From contig JBBQFH010000005.1 of NCBI GenBank assembly GCA_038321865.1, positions 32,001 through 96,000 on the forward strand: 64,000 nucleotides of DNA, given 5' to 3'. The stretch is from Gemmatimonadales bacterium (GTDB taxonomy: Bacteria; Gemmatimonadota; Gemmatimonadetes; Gemmatimonadales; GWC2-71-9). This document shows positions 58,483 to 64,000 of the stretch, one piece after another (positions within the stretch are counted from its first letter, which is position 1; every line of letters starts with the position of its first letter). Under the pieces are notes generated by a model. The model did not search any database. It was not told the origin of the DNA and was given only the letters and a program-made list of their open reading frames with translations. The position numbers and the translations under genes were made by a program.

Positions 58483-59172
58483 TCAGGGACGGAAGCGGTA
58501 TCCCACCTTCCAGACCGTGAGGAAATGACCGGGCTCCGCCGCGTCGTCCTCGAGCTTGCGGCGAAGTTCCGCCATATGCGAGTCGACGGTGCGCGTAAGC
58601 ACGTCGCCCTCCTGGCCCCAGACCTCGCGCAGCAGGTCCACGCGAGTCGCCACCGCGCCGTTGCGGCGCACCAGCGCAAGCATCAGCTCGTACGCCTTGG
58701 GCGTGAGCGTCACGGCAGCGCCGGAGCGGGTGACTCCGCGCGATGCGGGTTCCACCTCGATCGTGCCGAAGCGAATCGGCGCCAGCGCGGGATGCGCCGC
58801 GCCGTTTGCGGCCCGTCGGAGCAGCGAGCGGATCCGTTCGAGCAGCTCGAGCAGGCCGAACGGCTTCGTGACGTACTGGTCAGCATCGAGCCGGAAGCCC
58901 CGCACCTTGTCCGCCTCTTCGCCGCGGGCGCTGAGAATCAGCACCGGCACCCGGTTGCCCGCGGCGCGCATGGCCTGCAGTACCCGATAGCCATCCACGC
59001 CCGGCAGCATCAGATCGAGCACGACGAGATCGGGGCGCCACTGGCGGGCCAGCTCGATCGCGCGGTGCCCGTCGCCGGCGACGGACACTTCATATCCCTC
59101 GAGCTCAAGGTTGTACCGTACGCCATCAGCCAGCTCGGCGTTGTCCTCGACCACGAGGATGCGGCTGGTCAT
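58483..59172 (-). CDS. OmpR/PhoB-family response regulator
   Basis: 'ILVVED', 'LDLMLP', 'TKPF', 'TRTVDSH...LRRKLE', 'VGYRF'. Confidence 0.95.
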   Translation of the reverse strand: MTSRILVVEDNAELADGVRYNLELEGYEVSVAGDGHRAIELARQWRPDLVVLDLMLPGVDGYRVLQAMRAAGNRVPVLILSARGEEADKVRGFRLDADQYVTKPFGLLELLERIRSLLRRAANGAAHPALAPIRFGTIEVEPASRGVTRSGAAVTLTPKAYELMLALVRRNGAVATRVDLLREVWGQEGDVLTRTVDSHMAELRRKLEDDAAEPGHFLTVWKVGYRFRP

Positions 59173-60812
59173 GGCGACACGCCAACGGGCGCGGGACGAG
59201 TCGCCGGCAGGCCAGGAATCTCGATGATGACGGTCGTGCCGCGCGATACGTTGGGATCGATCCAGGCACTGCCGCCGTGGCGCTCCACCGCCTCACGCAC
59301 GACGGACAGGCCGATCCCACTTCCGCCGATGGCCCGCACATCGGGACTGCGACCGCGGAAGTATGGCTCCCACACCCGTTCCCGCTCGGCCGGCGGGACG
59401 CCGGGGCCTTCGTCCGCGACGCTGACGCGAACGGAGGATCCGCGAGTCGTAGCTCCAACGGTGACGGTCTGGCCCGGCGGCCCGTATTTCACCGCGTTGT
59501 CGAGCAGGTTGAGCACCAGTTGGCGGAAGCGCGCCCGATCGAGCGGCGCGACCAGGCCCGGCGCAAGCTCCATGCGAATCTCCACCCGGCGCGAGCGCGC
59601 CAGCGGCGCGAATGCCCGGACGGTCTCTCCGACTTCCGTGGCCACATCAAGGGGCTCGAGTGGCGGCGGCGTGGGCTGATGGCCCGCCGGGGAAAACTGC
59701 AGCACGTTATCCACCAGGTTCCCCAGCCGAGTGGTTTCGCGGTCCAGGTGGGCAAGGAGCCATTCGCGCTGTTCCTCGGTCTCGAACCGGCCGAGTCGCA
59801 GTGTTTCGAGAAACAGGCGTACCTGTGCGAGCGGTGTACGCAGCTCGTGGGAGACACTGGAGACGAAATCGGAACGCAGCCGTACGAGCTCGCTTTCGCG
59901 GCGGAGCTGGCGCAACGCGACCACCGCGAGAGCAGCTGAAATCAGGACCAGTGCAAGGAGGAGACCGGATGTCGACCGTCCGCCCCGCAGTACCTGCCCT
60001 GCCAGCGCCGGGCGAACCGCGGCGGTGATGTGGAGGCCCGCCGCCGCGGTGCGGACTGTGTCATTGGCCGCTCGGCTCCAGTCCGCATCGCTGGATGATG
60101 CGAACAGCCGGACGCCGCCCGCAGTGGTGACCCGCACGGCCAGAATCGAGTCGTTGGGCAGGCCGCGGGTGACCGCCGCCGGGAGCAGCCCGTTCGCCGT
60201 AAACGCATCCGCAAAGACCGCGGACATCGTCGCCGGATCGAAGGTGAAGCCGTAGACGATCGTGTCAGCATGCCAGTTCGGCATCAGGCCGTACGCGAAC
60301 ATGCGCTCCTGCCCGTGCACCCGCCCGGACACCAGCGCCATCCGCTCGCTCGTCCGGGCCAGCCCCCGTAACCTGGCGGTCAGTTCGGAGTGGATCCAGC
60401 GCCGCATAGCGGAATCCGGCTCGGCGCCGGCGGTCCCCATCGTGTCGGCGCCGAGCGTGAAGGCAAAGAACATTTCGGCGCGATACTTCGGATTGCAGTT
60501 GCACTGGGCGAGCGACGTGCGCTGGTAGTCGAGCAGGCGGGCGGCGCTCGGATGGTTCAGCAGCATGTGGGTTTCCCGATGCAGGATCGGGTTGAGCACC
60601 TGCCACCCTGCTTCACTCAGCGCATTGTTCACATGGCGCTGGTAGCTCCACGCCGCGAATGCCGCGTAGTCATGCACCAGCTGTTCCGCTGTCTGCCGCT
60701 GGAGCCGCGCCGCGCGCTGGGCCTGGATCGCCGCGAGCGCCATTGCGGCGAATGTCGCGACGAGCAGGAGGAGTGACCAGGCGATCGGGCGACTGGGACG
60801 CGAAACGGGCAA
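59169..60812 (-). CDS. Membrane sensor histidine kinase (2 TM, HisKA + HATPase)
   Basis: GGAG RBS + TTG; 'SHELRTPL', 'NLLDNAVKY', 'DEGPG', 'GSGIGL'. Confidence 0.92.
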   Translation of the reverse strand: MPVSRPSRPIAWSLLLLVATFAAMALAAIQAQRAARLQRQTAEQLVHDYAAFAAWSYQRHVNNALSEAGWQVLNPILHRETHMLLNHPSAARLLDYQRTSLAQCNCNPKYRAEMFFAFTLGADTMGTAGAEPDSAMRRWIHSELTARLRGLARTSERMALVSGRVHGQERMFAYGLMPNWHADTIVYGFTFDPATMSAVFADAFTANGLLPAAVTRGLPNDSILAVRVTTAGGVRLFASSSDADWSRAANDTVRTAAAGLHITAAVRPALAGQVLRGGRSTSGLLLALVLISAALAVVALRQLRRESELVRLRSDFVSSVSHELRTPLAQVRLFLETLRLGRFETEEQREWLLAHLDRETTRLGNLVDNVLQFSPAGHQPTPPPLEPLDVATEVGETVRAFAPLARSRRVEIRMELAPGLVAPLDRARFRQLVLNLLDNAVKYGPPGQTVTVGATTRGSSVRVSVADEGPGVPPAERERVWEPYFRGRSPDVRAIGGSGIGLSVVREAVERHGGSAWIDPNVSRGTTVIIEIPGLPATRPAPVGVSP

Positions 60813-60889
60813 GCAGGGCTCCGGGTGACGGCTAGGCCAACTGTAGCGGCCGGGCCTGGTGCCAGCAATGCCGACCTGGTGCTGGAATT

Positions 60890-60905
60890 GTGCGGAAACG
60901 GTGCG
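60890..60905 (-). promoter_or_regulatory. Putative OmpR-family autoregulatory site (CGCAC direct repeat, 11-bp period)
   Basis: Minus strand CGCACCGTTTCCGCAC upstream of the kinase gene. Confidence 0.5.
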
Positions 60906-60925
60906 AAGTTGGTTGCGGTCGGGAA

Positions 60926-61681
60926 TCAACGCTGAGGGGAGACGGATGCCTTGCCGATGAGCTCCACCAGCCGGCGGATTCGGTTTGCATCCGTGACCAT
61001 GCGGGAGCCCTCCGGCGGCACCGCCCTGATCATCGACACGAGTGGATTGTGGAACTGCATCTGGTCGGTCTTGACCGAAACACCACGCGCATGCACCTCG
61101 CTGACCCCGGTGGCACCGATCAGCGCGGCCACGTTTTTTTCGCTGACGCCGCCTCCGGCCAGCACGATGATGCGGCCGGCGGCCTGCCGAACCAGCGCGG
61201 CGAGGGCGACTGCGCCCTCGAGAGCCGTGGCGGCCTGACCCGATGTCAGCACGCGGTCGACTCCGAGCTCGATCAACTCCTCGAGGCCTCGGCTGGCGTC
61301 CCGGCACCCGTCGAAGGCGCGGTGGAAGGTGACCGCCATCGGCCGGGCAGTCTCGACGAAGCGAGCGGTCGTCTCCAGGTCGACGCGTCCGTCTGACCGA
61401 AGGGCGCCGATGACTACACCATCCACCTCGAGCTCGCGGCACATGATGATGTCGCGACACATCGCCTCGACCTCGAGATTCGAATACACGAAGTCGCCGC
61501 CGCGGGCGCGAATCAGTACGAAAAGCGGTATGCCGACCTGCTCCCGGCATACCGCGATGATTCCGGCACTCGGTGTCGTCCCGCCTTCGGCGAGATTGTC
61601 GCACAGCTCCAGCCGGCCCGCGCCACCCGCCTCGGCGGCCAGCGCGGACTCGATCGAGTCCACGCAGGCCTCCAGGATCAC
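60926..61681 (-). CDS. cutC: CutC family TIM-barrel protein
   Basis: 'LEACVDS', 'RLELC', 'GGTTPS', 'TFHRAFD', 'RVLTSG'. Confidence 0.93.
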   Translation of the reverse strand: MILEACVDSIESALAAEAGGAGRLELCDNLAEGGTTPSAGIIAVCREQVGIPLFVLIRARGGDFVYSNLEVEAMCRDIIMCRELEVDGVVIGALRSDGRVDLETTARFVETARPMAVTFHRAFDGCRDASRGLEELIELGVDRVLTSGQAATALEGAVALAALVRQAAGRIIVLAGGGVSEKNVAALIGATGVSEVHARGVSVKTDQMQFHNPLVSMIRAVPPEGSRMVTDANRIRRLVELIGKASVSPQR

Positions 61682-63009
61682 AACGTCCAGCCCTTCCGAT
61701 ACACCGGCTTGAGATACTCGGGCGGCACACCGGTATTCCTGATCTCACCCGTTTCCGAATTGAGCTCGATCGGCTGCTGCATGCGCACCGCAAAATTGCC
61801 CAGCAGCACCATCTGGGTCAGCGGCCCCGAATGACCGTTGAAGTTGGAGCCCGGCTGGGTGCCGCCCTTGATCGCGGCGATCCACTCCTTGTGGACCCCC
61901 TCGGTGCGTGGATACTTCTGCGCCGGCGGATGCGCCTTGAGCTCCTTGTCATGCGCGGGGTCCACGAGCCGGACATTGTCACCGTACACATCGGCCACGA
62001 GCATGCCGGCGGTGCCGACCCAGAGCTGGTGGCCGGGATCGCCGCCGAGCGGCCAGATCGCGTCCGCCGGATATCCGGCCGGCCGGCCCGGCGTCAGGCC
62101 GCCGTCGCGCCAGAACACCTTCAACGCGGGCCGGGTGCCGCGGGCGGGAAACTCATAGATGATGCGCGACATCTTGGGCGCGGTCTCGGCGTAGGTCGGC
62201 GACGTCTCGGCTTCGATGCGTGTCGGAAACCCGAGGTTGAGCGTCCAGAATGCCGCGTCCATCGCATGAGGCGCGATGTCACCGAGGGCGCCACAGCCGA
62301 AATCCCACCAGCCACGCCAGCGGAATGGAGCGTAGGCGGGATTGTAGGGGCGTTCGTTCGCCGGGCCCAGCCAGAGGTTCCAGTCGAGCGTGGGCGGGAC
62401 GTTGAACGCCTCGCTCGGCCGGTCGATGCCCTGGGGCCAGATGGGGCGGTTGGTCCAGTAGTGGACCTCCTTCACCGCGCCGATTGCGCCGGCCTCCACC
62501 AGCTCGCGAATGAGCCGGGTGCCGGCGCCGGCATGTCCCTGATTGCCCATCTGCGTCGCCAGTTTCGGTGACCGGCGTGCCTGCTCCATCAGCGCCCGCA
62601 CCTCGCCGATGGTCCGGGCCAGCGGCTTCTGGCAGTACGTGTGCTTCCCGGCCCGAAGCGACAGGAGCGCGGCAGCGGCGTGCGAGTGGTCCGGCGTCGA
62701 CACGGTGATCGCATCGATATTCTTTCCCTCCTTGTCGATCATCTCGCGGTAGTCCTTGTACCGCCGGACCTTCGGATAGGTCTTGAAGGCGTCCTCGGCG
62801 CTCTTCCAGTCCACGTCGGCAAAGGCGACCAGGTTCTCGCCGCTCATGCCGGTCACGTCGTTCCGACCCATGCCCCCCACCCCGATGCACGCTACATTCA
62901 GCGTGTCGCTCGGCGCGCGGTATCCGCGGCCCAGCACATGCCGCGGTACGATGGTGAACAGGCCGGCCGCCGCGCCGGTCCCGACGAACTTTCGCCTCGA
63001 CACTCCCAT
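61678..63009 (-). CDS. Tat-exported Gfo/Idh/MocA oxidoreductase
   Basis: SRRKF; 'IGVGGMG', 'TPDHSH', 'CQKPL', 'WRGWWDFGCGALGD'. Confidence 0.92.
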   Translation of the reverse strand: MGVSRRKFVGTGAAAGLFTIVPRHVLGRGYRAPSDTLNVACIGVGGMGRNDVTGMSGENLVAFADVDWKSAEDAFKTYPKVRRYKDYREMIDKEGKNIDAITVSTPDHSHAAAALLSLRAGKHTYCQKPLARTIGEVRALMEQARRSPKLATQMGNQGHAGAGTRLIRELVEAGAIGAVKEVHYWTNRPIWPQGIDRPSEAFNVPPTLDWNLWLGPANERPYNPAYAPFRWRGWWDFGCGALGDIAPHAMDAAFWTLNLGFPTRIEAETSPTYAETAPKMSRIIYEFPARGTRPALKVFWRDGGLTPGRPAGYPADAIWPLGGDPGHQLWVGTAGMLVADVYGDNVRLVDPAHDKELKAHPPAQKYPRTEGVHKEWIAAIKGGTQPGSNFNGHSGPLTQMVLLGNFAVRMQQPIELNSETGEIRNTGVPPEYLKPVYRKGWTL

Positions 63010-63027
63010 GCGATCTCCTTTGGTAGA

Positions 63028-64000
63028 CTATGCGGCGGCTGTGCCCGCCCGCGAAGCGGGGCGGAACAGCAGTGCGAACGTGACCAGCACCACCAGCGCC
63101 ATCACCGCCGGCACCATCCAGATCGACTGCCAGTCGTGCCCGGAGCCGTCGGCCAGCTTCCAGTTGTCCACCACCGACCCCGAGACGAACGCGCCGACGA
63201 AATATCCCAGCCCGTTGGTCACGAAGTTGATGAATCCCTGTGCCGCCGCGCGGATTGTCACGCCGGCCTTCTCGTCGGTGTAGATCTGGCCACCCACGAA
63301 GAAGAAGTCGTAGCAGATGCCGTGCAGCAGGATGCCGATGTAGATGAGCCACATGCCGGCACCCGCGTTGCCGTTGCTGAAGGCGAAGTAGCGCAGCGAC
63401 CAGGCCAGCATGCCGCCGAGCATGATGCCCTTGATGCCGAAGCGCCGGAGGGCGAAGGGTAGCAACAGCATGAAGAAGAACTCGGACATCTGGCCGAAGG
63501 TCTGGATGTAGGCAGCGTCGCGCACCCCGATCTCGTTGAGATACGCGTTGGTCCAGGTGTAGTAGAACTGCAGCGGCACGCAGAGCAGGAACGACCCGAT
63601 CACGAAAATGAGGAACGAGCGGTCCTTCAGCAGCCCCAGGGCGTCGAGTCCCAGCGCGTCACGCGCGCTGAACGGCGTGCCGGCCGCCTTGGGCGGCGTG
63701 TGCGGCAGCACCAGCGAGAAGAGGCCGAGTACGATTGAGCCGATTGCTCCCACGCGCATCGGCAGGGCGAGCGGGTCGGCGTGCATGACGCGCCCGATCA
63801 GGACGCCCGCCACGATCCAGCCGATGGTGCCGAGTACCCGGATCTTCGGAAAGTCCCGTGCCGGGTCGGCGATATGGTGGAACGAGATCGAATTGGTGAG
63901 CGAGAGCGTGGGCATGTAGCAGAGGGCGTAGAGAATCAGAACCGGATAGAAGCTCCCGAACGTCGTCTGGGTGGACACCAGCCAGAGCAGCACGCCGCCG
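63028..64000 (-). CDS. MFS nucleoside:H+ symporter-family (NupG/YegT-like) permease, 5' end outside window
   Basis: '[10 protein letters not shown]', 'RVLGTIGW', 'GQMSE', '[11 protein letters not shown]'. Confidence 0.9.
   Translation of the reverse strand, partial: GGVLLWLVSTQTTFGSFYPVLILYALCYMPTLSLTNSISFHHIADPARDFPKIRVLGTIGWIVAGVLIGRVMHADPLALPMRVGAIGSIVLGLFSLVLPHTPPKAAGTPFSARDALGLDALGLLKDRSFLIFVIGSFLLCVPLQFYYTWTNAYLNEIGVRDAAYIQTFGQMSEFFFMLLLPFALRRFGIKGIMLGGMLAWSLRYFAFSNGNAGAGMWLIYIGILLHGICYDFFFVGGQIYTDEKAGVTIRAAAQGFINFVTNGLGYFVGAFVSGSVVDNWKLADGSGHDWQSIWMVPAVMALVVLVTFALLFRPASRAGTAAA

Overview
GC-rich, densely coding chromosomal window. Gene content (many signal-peptide or lipoprotein hydrolases, a small PspB-like membrane protein, a HEAT-cyclophilin fusion) suggests Gemmatimonadota; this is inference only. 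About 60 CDS can be supported. I saw no rRNA, tRNA, CRISPR array or transposase. The left half is mostly secreted peptidases and hydrolases (M13, two M1, S9, Ntn acylase, GH36-like, esterases) plus small accessory genes. The right half holds a GH89/NagB-linked oxidative (3-keto-type) sugar cluster (two GMC + subunit-3 pairs, two TIM barrels, Gfo/Idh/MocA, DUF1080). It also holds a rhodanese/cysteine desulfurase/2xYeeE sulfur operon beside an OmpR-type two-component system, and a convergent MFS-Gfo-CutC arm. The most striking item is a translationally coupled two-gene operon at 12722-14775 (-). Gene 1 is a heme oxygenase fused to a phycobiliprotein/photoglobin-like globin domain. Gene 2 is a zinc-ribbon + CarH-type (W-x9-EH) cobalamin-binding protein with no output domain. 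Together they look like a split bilin+B12 ('photocobilin'-like) photosensor that makes its own chromophore. All assignments come from motifs read by eye; no searches were run.
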